DNA of 64,000 nucleotides from an uncultured delta proteobacterium (GCA_963712115.1 CAVQGX010000019.1:25293-89292), one strand, 5' to 3'; numbered from the stretch's first letter, positions 20,175-30,605 are shown. Translations and numbers: made by a program. The notes: generated from the letters alone by a model not told the origin.

Positions 20175-20795
20175 GTGGCTGAAATAGTTGGCGTAGTCTT
20201 GGTAGGAGGCAAAAGTCGCCGTTATGGCCGGAATAAAGCACTGGAGGTTTTCCAGGGTGAGCGGCTGATTGACCGGCAGCTAAGGAAAGTACAGGCTCTG
20301 TTCCAGGAGGTATTAGTTATTACCAACGAACCTGGTGATTATCTTCATCTAGAGGTAACCATACTCCGAGATGTAATTCCTGGACTGGGGCCCCTGGGAG
20401 GTATTTACACAGGGCTTCTTTTCGCCCAGGGCAAAAGTGTGTTCATCACCGCCTGCGACATGCCCTTTTTGCAGCCGGCTGTCGTCAAACACATGATGCA
20501 ATTGTCCAGGAACAACGATGTGGTCGTTCCCGAGAAGAAGGAAGGATTGGAGCCGCTCCACGCCATCTATTCAGCCCGCTGTCTGCCGCACATCAAGAAA
20601 ATGCTGGATCGAGGGAAGTTTCAGGTTGTTAGCTTTTTCCCGGCAGTCAAGGTATGTCGGTTGAGCCAGGAAGAGCTTGAAAAGCTTGATCCTTATGGAC
20701 TGTCCTTCTTTAACATTAACACCCCCGACGATATGAATAGAGCCAGGGAGCTGCTGGAAGAATTAGGGGAGAGCCCTGAGTTAGACACGGGGTGA
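20175..20795 (+). CDS. mobA: Molybdenum cofactor guanylyltransferase
   Basis: LVGGKSRRYG, GPLGGIYTGL, ACDMPF, EPLHAIY, FFNINTPDD. GTG 20175 follows GAGG. Confidence 0.9.
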   Translation: MAEIVGVVLVGGKSRRYGRNKALEVFQGERLIDRQLRKVQALFQEVLVITNEPGDYLHLEVTILRDVIPGLGPLGGIYTGLLFAQGKSVFITACDMPFLQPAVVKHMMQLSRNNDVVVPEKKEGLEPLHAIYSARCLPHIKKMLDRGKFQVVSFFPAVKVCRLSQEELEKLDPYGLSFFNINTPDDMNRARELLEELGESPELDTG

Positions 20796-22060
20796 TGATG
20801 GCACTAGATGTTAACAAACTGGTATCGCTGGAAGAGGCTCAACAAATTGTTCTTGGCCAGGCACAACCTCTGCCAACCGAGTTGGTACCCCTAGAAGACG
20901 GAGGCGGCAGGGTGCTGGCCCAAGGGATCAGAGCCACAATGGATGAGCCCTCCACCACCCAAGCAGCCATGGATGGCTATGCAGTTCGGAGTGCGGATGT
21001 GCACTCTGCCTCTCCAGAGGGAGATCTGTTCCTAAAAGTGGTGGGCTTGCTTGGCCCCGGCCAACGGAGCGAGCATCGGTTGAAAGGGGGAGAAACACTG
21101 CGGGTCATGACTGGAGCCACTTTACCTGAAGGAGCAGACGCAGTAGTGCCTGAGGAGATGACAGAAAGTGTCTCCGGAAGAGTGCGGGTGATGGCTCCGG
21201 TGGCGCCCGGAGATTATCTCTTCCCTGTTGGGGCCGAAATTCGTCGGGGACAGCAACTCATCTCAAAAGGTAAAGTCCTCCGAGCCAGAGAACTGACCGC
21301 ATTGGCAACCCAGGGATACGACAGATTAGAGGTAATTAGACAGCCTGTGGTTTCTGTGCTAGCCACCGGCGGCGAATTGAAAAAAGTCGGCGAGAGACTC
21401 GATATTGGAGAGGTATTCGCCAGCAACCTGCACACTGTGTCACAATTGGTGAAACGCTGCGGTGGAGTGCTTAGATCCGTGGAAATTGCACGAGATGATT
21501 TGCAGAGCTTAAAAGAATCCATCCGCAGGGGAAGTCAGGCAGATGTGGTGGTAACCACCGGAGGCACAGGCAGAGGAGAGAAAGACTTGGTGTCTGCTGC
21601 AATCGCCGCCCTGGAAGGAGAATCGTTTTTTCATGGGGTTAACATGTCACCGGGGAAGCAAACTATATTCGCCCAATTAGATAAAACTCTGGTATTTGGC
21701 CTCCCGGGAAGGCCGGTTGCAACCTATGTTGCCTTTGAGCAACTAGTGCGTCCCATGTTACTCCAAATGACCGGCCTGTCAGAAGTTTTCTTGCCCGAGA
21801 TTACAGCTACATTAAAGCATTCAATTCGGCTAAAGGGAAGGACACTCTCCTTTCTCTTCTCCCGTCTCACTTTCGGACCAAGCGGCCCGGAGGTGGAAGC
21901 CCTGCGTTCAGCAAGACAAGGGATAATGGCAGAGATGCTGGCGTCTAATGGTCTAATTAAAGTAGAGCCAGGGAGAGATCGGTTGAAAGCGGGGGAAGGG
22001 CTAAGGGTACAACTGCTAGACTTAGGCCTGGATGGGCTCTCGTATTTCGCCGACTCCTAA
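20792..22060 (+). CDS. moeA: Molybdopterin molybdotransferase MoeA-like
   Basis: AMDGYAV, MTGATLPEGADAVV, TTGGTG, PGKQ, FGLPGRP. Confidence 0.88.
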   Translation: MMMALDVNKLVSLEEAQQIVLGQAQPLPTELVPLEDGGGRVLAQGIRATMDEPSTTQAAMDGYAVRSADVHSASPEGDLFLKVVGLLGPGQRSEHRLKGGETLRVMTGATLPEGADAVVPEEMTESVSGRVRVMAPVAPGDYLFPVGAEIRRGQQLISKGKVLRARELTALATQGYDRLEVIRQPVVSVLATGGELKKVGERLDIGEVFASNLHTVSQLVKRCGGVLRSVEIARDDLQSLKESIRRGSQADVVVTTGGTGRGEKDLVSAAIAALEGESFFHGVNMSPGKQTIFAQLDKTLVFGLPGRPVATYVAFEQLVRPMLLQMTGLSEVFLPEITATLKHSIRLKGRTLSFLFSRLTFGPSGPEVEALRSARQGIMAEMLASNGLIKVEPGRDRLKAGEGLRVQLLDLGLDGLSYFADS

Positions 22061-22354
22061 AGTACATCAGAGCCGGTTAAACCACGGAGATCAAGGTAGG
22101 AATGGAGTACTGGAGTGCTGGAGTAATGGAGTATTGACTGCCTGCTGCCCGCTTTCAGCTGCTAGCTGTATCTCCCCATGCTCTATGCCCTGTGCTTTCG
22201 TAACAACGGACCACGGACAACTGACTAGTGAAACCTGCCAGTAATGTTGACCGAGTTCATACTCTTGTGATACTGCTACTGGGGCGAAAAGCAGTTTAGA
22301 ACTGTTAAAAACCTTTGGTCATTCGACGGCTGACTGTAAACAAAACCCAACAGT

Positions 22355-23146
22355 ATGTTGCCATATCCCAACATAAACCCCAACATCATCGAGATCGGCC
22401 CGGTAAAACTTCGTTGGTATGGGCTAATGTACGTTTTGGGGTTTGTCTCTTGTTACTTCCTCATAGGCAGACAACAAAAAGCCCGCGACCTTGGCTTGAT
22501 AGGAGCAAAACTCCAAGACCTGATTTTTTCTCTGGCCATCGGCCTTATTGTCGGAGCACGTCTGGGCTACGTCCTTTTCTACCAATTCTCCAACTACGCC
22601 TACTACCTGAAGCATCCTCTAGAGATAATCGCAATCTGGCATGGTGGCATGTCTTTTCATGGTGGGCTTATTGGCGCTGTAATCTTGGGCATCTTGTTCT
22701 GCCGGCGGCACAAGCTTCCCCTTTGGGAAGCCGCGGACGTGGTAATTGTCACTGTCCCAATTGCCCTCGCTCTGGGGCGCTTGGGTAACTTTATCAATGG
22801 CGAACTATTTGGTCGCCCCAGCAACTTACCCTGGGCCATGGTTTTTCCCACAGGTGGTCCAGAACCTAGGCATCCCTCACAGCTCTATGAGGCTGCTTTA
22901 GAGGGAGTAGTTTTATTTATTATTCTTTGGCTGTTAAAAGACCGCTCTTTTAAGGCCGGCACTATGGTCTGTTTTTTTCTTGGCGGTTATGGGATATTGC
23001 GCTTCCTGGTGGAATTCTTCCGCCAGCCCGATCCACAAATCGGTCTACTTTGGGGTCTTTTTTCCATGGGCCAGATCCTCTGTCTAGCCATGATCCTTGC
23101 TGCTGCTGTCCTTTGGAAGTTGTTACCCCCAAAAACCGCCGGCTGA
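22355..23146 (+). CDS. lgt: Prolipoprotein diacylglyceryl transferase
   Basis: RWYGLMY, GGMSFHGG, GRLGNFINGEL, HPSQLYE. Confidence 0.97.
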   Translation: MLPYPNINPNIIEIGPVKLRWYGLMYVLGFVSCYFLIGRQQKARDLGLIGAKLQDLIFSLAIGLIVGARLGYVLFYQFSNYAYYLKHPLEIIAIWHGGMSFHGGLIGAVILGILFCRRHKLPLWEAADVVIVTVPIALALGRLGNFINGELFGRPSNLPWAMVFPTGGPEPRHPSQLYEAALEGVVLFIILWLLKDRSFKAGTMVCFFLGGYGILRFLVEFFRQPDPQIGLLWGLFSMGQILCLAMILAAAVLWKLLPPKTAG

Positions 23147-23206
23147 CTGATCCCAGGCAAGTCACAAATTCCAAATATTTAATAAGCACAGACCAGTGCA
23201 ACTTCC

Positions 23207-23370
23207 ATCAAATTCGAAATCCTAAATCCGAAGCACGAAACAAATCCTAATTTTAAATTCTCCAATGTTCAAAACGAAATCGAATAAATTTATGATCTGG
23301 AAGTTTTGGTCATTTGGATTTTGAAAATTTGAATTTGTTTAGTATTTCGATATTCGAATTTCGGATTTAT
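23207..23370. repeat. Imperfect palindromic heptamer-repeat element, copy C (inner segment inverted)
   Basis: Outer arms match copies A/B in the same orientation. Inner TTCTCCAATGTTCAAAACG and GGTCATTTGGATTTT are reverse complements of the A/B inner segment. Confidence 0.8.
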
Positions 23371-23420
23371 TCTCTACTATGCTCTCGGTGTTTCAATTGC
23401 GGCGCCACAAACCCATGTTC

Positions 23421-23449
23421 TTGACAGGGGGGTTGACTGGTCATAAGAT
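23421..23449 (+). promoter_or_regulatory. Putative sigma-70 promoter
   Basis: TTGACA-17 bp-TAAGAT upstream of 23483. Confidence 0.55.
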
Positions 23450-23482
23450 TATTGTGTTAAAAAAAGCGCGGATATTTATAAA

Positions 23483-25450
23483 ATGGAATCTCATTCTAAC
23501 ACTTCGAGTCAGATGAAAGAATCTGCGGCTCATCCTGAAGCAGGTAAGCCTAAGTCCTCGGAGTGGCGTGCCGATTATGACAAAAAAGTCCAAAGTGCTG
23601 AAAGGGCAATGCGGCTTATTCGGAGGGGTCACCGAGTCTTCATTGGCTCCGGTTGTGGAGAACCCCAACACCTTGTCCAGGCCTTGGAACGGGTGGCCAT
23701 TGAATTAGCTGATTTGGAAGTGCTCCATTTGCTCTCCTTGGGCAGGACTTCCTATACGGATGAGACTTTCCAGGACAAAGTTCGCCTCAAGTCGCTATTT
23801 GTTGCTTCGGGATCCCGCCAGGCAATAGCCGAAGGAAGAGCTGACTACACTCCCATCTATCTATTTGATGTGCCAGAGCTATTCCACAGCGGCCATACTA
23901 CTATTGATGTAGCTCTCATCCAGGTTTCTCCCCCGGGGGAACATGGCTTTTGCTCCTTGGGTATAGCTGTGGACATCGTCAAGGCGGCAGCTGCCAATGC
24001 AAATTTGGTAATCGCCCAGGTCAACCCTCGCATGCCTCGAGTTTTAGGGGACAGCTATGTCCATGTACGTGACATTGACGTCATCGTGGAACACGAGGAA
24101 GAACTTCTGGAGATGCCGCCGCCGCTCATGAATGAGACAGCCCACCAGATCGGCAAACATGTGGCAAAACTCATTGAGGATGGGTCCACCATTCGGGCGG
24201 GAGTCGGTAGTGTCTCAAATGCCGCCCTCTATTCTTTAGAAGGGAAAAAGGACTTGGGGGTTCACACGGACATGCTCACCGACGCATACCTGCACTTGGT
24301 GGAGGGAGGCGTAATCACCAACACCAGAAAGACTCTCCATCCAAAGAAAATAATTGCCAGTTTCTGTATGGGATCGAGAAAACTCTATGATTTTGTCCAC
24401 AACAATCCAATGGTGGAATTTCATCCCATCGAATACACCAATGATTTTTCGGTCATAAGTAAAAACGAAAAGATGGTTTCCATTAACTCGGCCCTGCAGG
24501 TGGATCTCAGCGGCCAGGTCTGCGCCGACTCGATGGGCTATATAATTTACAGCGGGGTGGGAGGATCAGTTGACTTCATCCGTGGCTCCACCCTTTCCAA
24601 AGGTGGCAAGTCAATCATCGTACTTCCGTCAACTACCCTAGATGGCAATGAGTCTCGGATAGTACCGCACCTTAGCGAGGGAGCAGGGGTGGTCAACACC
24701 CGTGGCGGCGTGCATTACGTTGTCACCGAGTTCGGCGCCGTCAATCTCCACGGGAAAACAGTGCGCGAGCGTGCCCTGTCTCTAATCAACCTCGCCCATC
24801 CTAAATTCCGAGGTGAACTTCTAGCGGCCGCCAAGAGGCTGCGCTATGCTTACGAAGATCAACTGCTGCCACTGGGTGATACCCCTCAGTATCCAGATGA
24901 ATGGGAGACAACCCAGCCGTGTGGTGATGATGGCAGAGTACTTTTTAGACCTGTAAAGCCCACAGATGAGAGAAGCCTAAAGGAATTCTTCCACGCCCTT
25001 CCCCAGCAGACCCACTATGTCCGGTTTATCTCCGCCATGCGGGTGTTTCCTCAAAGGAACCTCCGGGACCTTCTCAACATTGATTATGAAAAGGAAATGT
25101 CAGTGGTGGGCGTTATTGGCGCTGTTGGTTCAGAGAGGGTGATTGCCCTAGGTAGCTACTTGCTGGATGAAGAGACCAACATTGCGGAAGTTGACTTTGC
25201 TGTGCGGCAAGAATGGCAAGGCAAAGGGGTTGCCACTTATTTGCTCAACCACCTGGTGAAGATCGCTAGGGCAAAACAAATTGCTGGCTTTGTGGCTTAC
25301 GTGGATCCCACGAATCAGGCCGCCGCCGCTGTATTCCACAACACCGGCTACGTGGTGCATCGTTCACTGCGCAAGGGGATCCACCGAATCACTATTTTAT
25401 TCGACCAACCGGCCCAGCAATGCTTTACAGATCCAGAGGGTGAGATGTAG
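23483..25450 (+). CDS. Acetyl-CoA hydrolase/CoA-transferase fused to a C-terminal GNAT domain
   Basis: GEPQHL, IAQVNPRMP, NSALQVDLSGQ, SGVGGSVDF, YVVTEFG; C-terminal AEVDFAVRQEWQGKGVA. Confidence 0.88.
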   Translation: MESHSNTSSQMKESAAHPEAGKPKSSEWRADYDKKVQSAERAMRLIRRGHRVFIGSGCGEPQHLVQALERVAIELADLEVLHLLSLGRTSYTDETFQDKVRLKSLFVASGSRQAIAEGRADYTPIYLFDVPELFHSGHTTIDVALIQVSPPGEHGFCSLGIAVDIVKAAAANANLVIAQVNPRMPRVLGDSYVHVRDIDVIVEHEEELLEMPPPLMNETAHQIGKHVAKLIEDGSTIRAGVGSVSNAALYSLEGKKDLGVHTDMLTDAYLHLVEGGVITNTRKTLHPKKIIASFCMGSRKLYDFVHNNPMVEFHPIEYTNDFSVISKNEKMVSINSALQVDLSGQVCADSMGYIIYSGVGGSVDFIRGSTLSKGGKSIIVLPSTTLDGNESRIVPHLSEGAGVVNTRGGVHYVVTEFGAVNLHGKTVRERALSLINLAHPKFRGELLAAAKRLRYAYEDQLLPLGDTPQYPDEWETTQPCGDDGRVLFRPVKPTDERSLKEFFHALPQQTHYVRFISAMRVFPQRNLRDLLNIDYEKEMSVVGVIGAVGSERVIALGSYLLDEETNIAEVDFAVRQEWQGKGVATYLLNHLVKIARAKQIAGFVAYVDPTNQAAAAVFHNTGYVVHRSLRKGIHRITILFDQPAQQCFTDPEGEM

Positions 25451-25549
25451 GTTGCTCTTGATCTCCCCCATTGGTGTTCCTCGCTCGTCTTATTGAATCC
25501 CACTCTGCCTGTGATTAAAACTTATAGTGGAAATGTTAAGGAGAAGCCA

Positions 25550-26452
25550 ATGACAGACAATGTCTACGATGTAATCATCTTGGGGAGCGGACCGGCAGGG
25601 CTACAGGCTGCTATTCATGCAGCTCGCGCCAAAGTTTCCGTATTAGTCATGGGCAAGCCATCCAAGAGCAGTCTCCACAAGGCCCACATCGAAAACTACT
25701 GCTGCATGGAGAGAACTGCCGGGGAGGATTTGCTCCAGCAGGGAATCATACAGGCGGAGACAGCCGGCACCAATTTTATGTATGAAGACGTGTTAAAAGT
25801 TTCCCAGGAGGATCAATGGTTTATTGTCCGAAACGAAAGTGGGGAAGACCTTAAGTGCAAAGCCCTTATCATGGCCATGGGTATTTCACGCAACAAACTC
25901 AGAGTGCCTGGAGAAAAAGAATTACTGGGGCGCGGAGTGAGCTATTGTGTGGACTGCGACGGTGGTTTTTTCCGCGGTGAGCCAGTGGCAGTGGTGGGTA
26001 ATGAAAGTGCTGCAGCCAGCGGTGCTCTTACCATGACATTCTATGCGAGCTATGTCCATCTTGTCTCTGACCAACTGGAGATCTCGGAAGTACTGGCCCA
26101 TCAACTTGGGGAAAGCAAGGTCACCATACATGAAGGTCGTAAAGTCGCAGAAATCATTGGGCAAGATCAGGTGGAAGGCCTACTACTAGACGATGGAACA
26201 CGTCTTGAGGTGAAAGGGGTTTTCATTGAACTGGGGGCTAAGGGTGCCATCGAACTTGCCAGCACACTGGGTGTGGCCATGGATGCCGAGTCACCCCAAT
26301 TTATCGCCGCCGATAAAAGACAAAGAACCAACATTGAAGGCTTGTTTGCCGCCGGTGACATTTGTGGTCTGCCCTGGCAGCTCGCTAAGGCGGTGGGAGA
26401 GGGCTGTGTGGCTGGCCTGGAGGCAGCAACTTACGCCAAGAAGTTAAGGTAG
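25550..26452 (+). CDS. Thioredoxin reductase-like FAD-dependent oxidoreductase
   Basis: GSGPAG, GRGVSYCVDCDG, FAAGDI. ATG 25550 follows AGGAG. Confidence 0.88.
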   Translation: MTDNVYDVIILGSGPAGLQAAIHAARAKVSVLVMGKPSKSSLHKAHIENYCCMERTAGEDLLQQGIIQAETAGTNFMYEDVLKVSQEDQWFIVRNESGEDLKCKALIMAMGISRNKLRVPGEKELLGRGVSYCVDCDGGFFRGEPVAVVGNESAAASGALTMTFYASYVHLVSDQLEISEVLAHQLGESKVTIHEGRKVAEIIGQDQVEGLLLDDGTRLEVKGVFIELGAKGAIELASTLGVAMDAESPQFIAADKRQRTNIEGLFAAGDICGLPWQLAKAVGEGCVAGLEAATYAKKLR

Positions 26453-26620
26453 TTAGTCCGTAGTCAAAGACACTTAGCGCATAGCGCAGAGCGGATGACT
26501 AGATGCGACAACAACTATGCGCTCTGCGCTTGGCTCTATGCAGCGCACGAGAGAAAAACTTTTTGAGCCTCATCAAAGGTTTCCTCCCATCCCTCCCATC
26601 AGCCCTTTACCAAGAGTGTG

Positions 26621-26661
26621 CCCAGAAATATTTTTGTGACATAGGCCACGGGAAAGCTACT
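26621..26661. repeat. 41-bp dispersed repeat, copy 1 (possible regulatory site)
   Basis: 37/41 identical to 38466-38506; 23-bp identical core TTTGTGACATAGGCCACGGGAAA. Confidence 0.75.
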
Positions 26662-26885
26662 CCACAACGATCATATTCGCGCCATTTATTGGCAGAGTTC
26701 CTGTTGAGAAAACACCACATCTTCATGCAGGCCCTCTCAAAGCTGAGATTCGTCAAGATAGGTTGCTCAGATGCTCGTTGTTTCGCAGCTTCCCCTTTTG
26801 GCCTTTGACTTAGGAAATAGTTCGGGTAGAATGTACCACTTTGTAATGTCAATTTGAGTAGTTGTGCAGAAACTTCTGCCCATGG

Positions 26886-27959
26886 ATGAATTTAGTGGAA
26901 ACTAAACGGTTTGTCACAGAACTCAAGGAGAACGAGAGTCTCTTTAGCAGCTTTCTGGTTAAGGCCAAGACCCTGGGAAATACTCGCAGTGGCAATCCCT
27001 TTCTTAGGATTCGTCTGGCCGATCGTTCTGGTGAAACTGAGGGCCGTATTTGGGAACGGGCCCTGGAGTTGGATGGCGACTTCGAGGTCAACGATGTGGT
27101 GCGCGTTCGCGCCAAAGTCGAACGCTATCAAGGCGAACTCCAGCTGAACATAAGCGACCTCGAGCGGATAGATCCCAGTAAGGTTAACCCCACGCTCTAC
27201 CTGCCCACAGGTCCGAAGGATCCAGATGACCTATGGCGCCAACTCACGGATCTCGCAGCTCAGGTCAAGAATACTCATTTAAAACGTCTTTTGCAGAGCT
27301 TCCTCACTGACGCTGACTTTATCAAACGGATGAAACAGTCTCCAGCTGCCAAGGCCATGCATCATGCCTATTTGGGTGGTCTCCTCGAACATACTGTTTC
27401 GGTCACCAAACTCCTGGGTCGAATCTGTGACCACTACCCCCGGTTGGATCGAGACCTGCTTGTCACTGGGGCCATTCTCCACGACATAGGCAAAGTTGAA
27501 GAATTTTCCTACCAGCTGCAGCTCGATTATACCGACGCTGGAAGGCTTTTGGGGCACGTGGTTATCGGAGTTCAGCGGGTACAGGAAAAGATAAGTAAGA
27601 TTAAGGGATTTCCAGCAGATCTCTCGCTCGCTCTCCAGCATCTCATGGTAAGCCATCACGGTGAATACGAGTTTGGCTCACCTAAACGCCCAAAAATCTT
27701 GGAGGCCTTCGCTCTTCACTATGCAGACGACCTAGATGCCAAAATGAACCATGTCTCAGGGCTGCTGGATGCTGGAGACCAAAGTGCTTCCCGCTGGACA
27801 CCATATCAGCGCGTCTATGGCCGCTATTTTTTCAAAGGAAGCACTGAGGAGAGAAAGGACGGGGAGATTCAAGCCGTCGGGGCAGAGGAAGAGGCTGAGC
27901 CACAAAACTACAGTTTCTTGGATCTGCTAACCCCGGCAGGAAAACGGGAGGAGCGTTAG
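26886..27959 (+). CDS. yhaM: OB-fold + HD-domain 3'-5' exoribonuclease YhaM/Cbf1 family
   Basis: LADRSGETEGRIW, PAAKAMHHAYLGGLLEHT, LHDIGK, SHHGEYEFGSP, ADDLDAK. Confidence 0.9.
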   Translation: MNLVETKRFVTELKENESLFSSFLVKAKTLGNTRSGNPFLRIRLADRSGETEGRIWERALELDGDFEVNDVVRVRAKVERYQGELQLNISDLERIDPSKVNPTLYLPTGPKDPDDLWRQLTDLAAQVKNTHLKRLLQSFLTDADFIKRMKQSPAAKAMHHAYLGGLLEHTVSVTKLLGRICDHYPRLDRDLLVTGAILHDIGKVEEFSYQLQLDYTDAGRLLGHVVIGVQRVQEKISKIKGFPADLSLALQHLMVSHHGEYEFGSPKRPKILEAFALHYADDLDAKMNHVSGLLDAGDQSASRWTPYQRVYGRYFFKGSTEERKDGEIQAVGAEEEAEPQNYSFLDLLTPAGKREER

Positions 27960-27964
27960 TAACC

Positions 27965-28606
27965 GTGTTCATCAGTTTCGAAGGTATCGAAGGATGTGGT
28001 AAAACGACCCAAGTAGAGCTGCTGGCGAAATTCTTGTCGCACCGTAGCATTCACTACGTGGTAACCCGTGAGCCTGGTGGCACCCACTTGGGCAAACTTA
28101 TACGGCAAATGTTGCTCGATCCGGCCCATACCGAGATGGAACCTCTTACCGAACTGTTTCTTTATGCAGCCGACCGGGCCCAACATATTGCTCAGGTAAT
28201 CCGCCCAGCATTGGAATCCCACCAGTGGCTCATTTGTGATCGGTTCGCCGATGCCACCACCGTGTACCAGGGTTACGGCCGAGATCAGGATCTCTCTTTT
28301 ATCCAGCAGCTAAATGAGATGGCCACCCAGGGGATTTGGCCGCGCTTGTCTATACTACTTGATTGTCCGGTGGAAATCGGATTGGATCGAGCTCGACAGA
28401 GAATTATGCAAACATCTCTTGAAGGGCTGGAAGATCGCTTTGAGCAGCAAGACTTGGGCTTCCATCAAAAGGTGAGAGAAGGTTACCTGAAGATTGCCGC
28501 CCAAAATCCCTATCGTTTCAGAGTACTTGATGCCACCCTGGAACAGGAGAAGTTACACCAAGAGATCGTAGCCTTACTGGAGCCCTATTTATACGATACG
28601 GACTAA
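27965..28606 (+). CDS. tmk: Thymidylate kinase
   Basis: FEGIEGCGKTTQ, TREPGGT, CDRFADAT, YQG. Confidence 0.96.
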   Translation: MFISFEGIEGCGKTTQVELLAKFLSHRSIHYVVTREPGGTHLGKLIRQMLLDPAHTEMEPLTELFLYAADRAQHIAQVIRPALESHQWLICDRFADATTVYQGYGRDQDLSFIQQLNEMATQGIWPRLSILLDCPVEIGLDRARQRIMQTSLEGLEDRFEQQDLGFHQKVREGYLKIAAQNPYRFRVLDATLEQEKLHQEIVALLEPYLYDTD

Positions 28607-28614
28607 ACCTGTAA

Positions 28615-29703
28615 ATGAGTTTTTCTGAGATCATAGGCCAAACCAGGATAATTCGCCTGTTGCGGCGAGCCCTGGCCCAGGACCTCTTGCCTCACGCCTT
28701 TCTCTTCACCGGCGTAGAGGGGGTTGGCAAAAAGTCTACAGCTCTCACTCTAGCCAAAGTGGTGAACTGTCAAGACGGTGCCAGCGGAGATTGTTGCGAC
28801 CAATGCATTTCCTGCCGAAAAGCAGCCAGTGGGAACCATCCCGATATCAACCTCATAGAAAGAGAGGGCCCTTTTATCAAGATAGAACAGATACGTGCTC
28901 TTAAGCACCGTTTGCGTTTTAAACCCTTAGAGGGCCGCTACCGGGTAACTGTGATAAGCAACAGTCAACACCTAAAAGTAGAAGCGGCAAATGCTCTTCT
29001 CAAGGTCCTTGAGGAACCACCTGCGCATAATTTAATCATTTTAACCGCCATAGAAACCACAGCCCTTCTGCCCACCATTGTCTCTCGCTGTCTCCATCTA
29101 CCTTTTCAACCTTTGGCAACGGTGGAAATATCGGCCCATCTGTGTAAGACTCACTCCATATCGCCAGAGAACGCTTCTGTGATAGCCAGATTGGCAGGTG
29201 GTAGTCTATCTCGAGCAATGGCCTTGCTGGACGAAAAAAAGCTTGACCGCCGGAATTGGATTCTCGAGACAGTGGCCGAAATCCACAAATCTCGAATTTC
29301 TGACCTCTTGGCTGCAATCAACAGGTGGAAAGGCGACAACTTAGATCTGCAGCAAGATTTAGACTGGTTAAAAACATGGATTCGGGATCTCCTGGTGCAA
29401 AAGTTCGAGGCGTCCGATAGTGTCGGCCTGCTGAATTCAGATCTTGCCGATAAGATAAAGACCATGGCGTCGCAAATGAGTTCCGACAACCTATTGCAGT
29501 TCTTTGACCTTGTCTGCACAATACAGGGAGCTATCGGTTATAATGTCAACAGAAGATTGAGCCTCGAAACGCTCCTGCTTTTATTTTACGCACGAGCAAC
29601 GGGCCAGACCACAGAGACAGGAGCAGATCTTTCAGTTGTGGCCAGGGAACGATTTGCTTGGCCAGTTAGGCTTGGTGTTGACCACAAAAACTGGAACAAT
29701 TAA
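28615..29703 (+). CDS. holB: DNA polymerase III delta-prime subunit
   Basis: HAFLFTG, CDQCISC, ANALLKVLEEPP, LPTIVSRC; follows tmk. Confidence 0.93.
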   Translation: MSFSEIIGQTRIIRLLRRALAQDLLPHAFLFTGVEGVGKKSTALTLAKVVNCQDGASGDCCDQCISCRKAASGNHPDINLIEREGPFIKIEQIRALKHRLRFKPLEGRYRVTVISNSQHLKVEAANALLKVLEEPPAHNLIILTAIETTALLPTIVSRCLHLPFQPLATVEISAHLCKTHSISPENASVIARLAGGSLSRAMALLDEKKLDRRNWILETVAEIHKSRISDLLAAINRWKGDNLDLQQDLDWLKTWIRDLLVQKFEASDSVGLLNSDLADKIKTMASQMSSDNLLQFFDLVCTIQGAIGYNVNRRLSLETLLLLFYARATGQTTETGADLSVVARERFAWPVRLGVDHKNWNN

Positions 29704-29730
29704 GGACACAGGTTTGGATTAGGAAGTTTT

Positions 29731-30591
29731 ATGGATAATATCGTTGGCATCCGCTTCCGAGAAGGCGGCAAAATATACAACTTTGCTCCAGGTCATTTTG
29801 TTCTCAAGGAGGGAGACGAGGTAATCGTCAAGACCGAGAAAGGCTTAAGTTTTGGTATAGTGGCAACTCCGGTGAGAAAGCGAGACCCTAACTTCCCCAA
29901 GGACCAATTGAAAGAGGTATTCAGGCTGGCAAACGATAACGATCGCCAGCAATACCAGGACTGCCTCACCCGAGAGAAAGAAGCTCACGGGTTCTGCCAG
30001 GAACGCATAGAAGAGCGCACTTTACCCATGACCTTAGTAGACGTGGAGAGTTTCTTTGACGGGTCTAAAATCATCTTTTACTTTTTTGCCGACGGCCGAG
30101 TGGATTTCCGCGAGCTGGTCAAAGATCTGGTGAAAGAACTGCACACCCGAGTCGAACTTCGACAAATCGGCGTGCGAAACAAGGCCAAAATGATTGGGGG
30201 TGTTGGTCCTTGCGGACGGGAACTCTGCTGTGCCACATTCCTTAAAGAATTCCATTCCGTCTCGGTAAAGATGGCTAAAGAGCAGAACCTCTCCCTCAAC
30301 CCAACAAAGATATCTGGGGTTTGCGGTCGACTCATGTGTTGCCTTAAATATGAATATGCCGATTATATTGAGATGAAAAAGGGTATGCCCAAAGTGGGTA
30401 AACGGATCATAACACCTGAAGGGGAAGGGAAGGTGGTCCGCCAGAACGTTATGGAAAAAAAGGTGGTGGTCGCCTTAAGCGATGGCAGAGAGGTTGAATT
30501 TGGGCTTTTCGACCTCGAAGCGAACGCGGCAGCGTGCCATCAGTGTGGTGATAAAGAGGCTAAAGCGGAACAGGATTTGGACGGAGGCTAA
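29731..30591 (+). CDS. ricT: PSP1/RicT (YaaT) family protein
   Basis: RVDFRELVKDL, GPCGRELCC, KISGVCGRLMCCLKYE. Confidence 0.93.
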   Translation: MDNIVGIRFREGGKIYNFAPGHFVLKEGDEVIVKTEKGLSFGIVATPVRKRDPNFPKDQLKEVFRLANDNDRQQYQDCLTREKEAHGFCQERIEERTLPMTLVDVESFFDGSKIIFYFFADGRVDFRELVKDLVKELHTRVELRQIGVRNKAKMIGGVGPCGRELCCATFLKEFHSVSVKMAKEQNLSLNPTKISGVCGRLMCCLKYEYADYIEMKKGMPKVGKRIITPEGEGKVVRQNVMEKKVVVALSDGREVEFGLFDLEANAAACHQCGDKEAKAEQDLDGG

Positions 30592-30605
30592 TTCAGGGAG
30601 GATCT

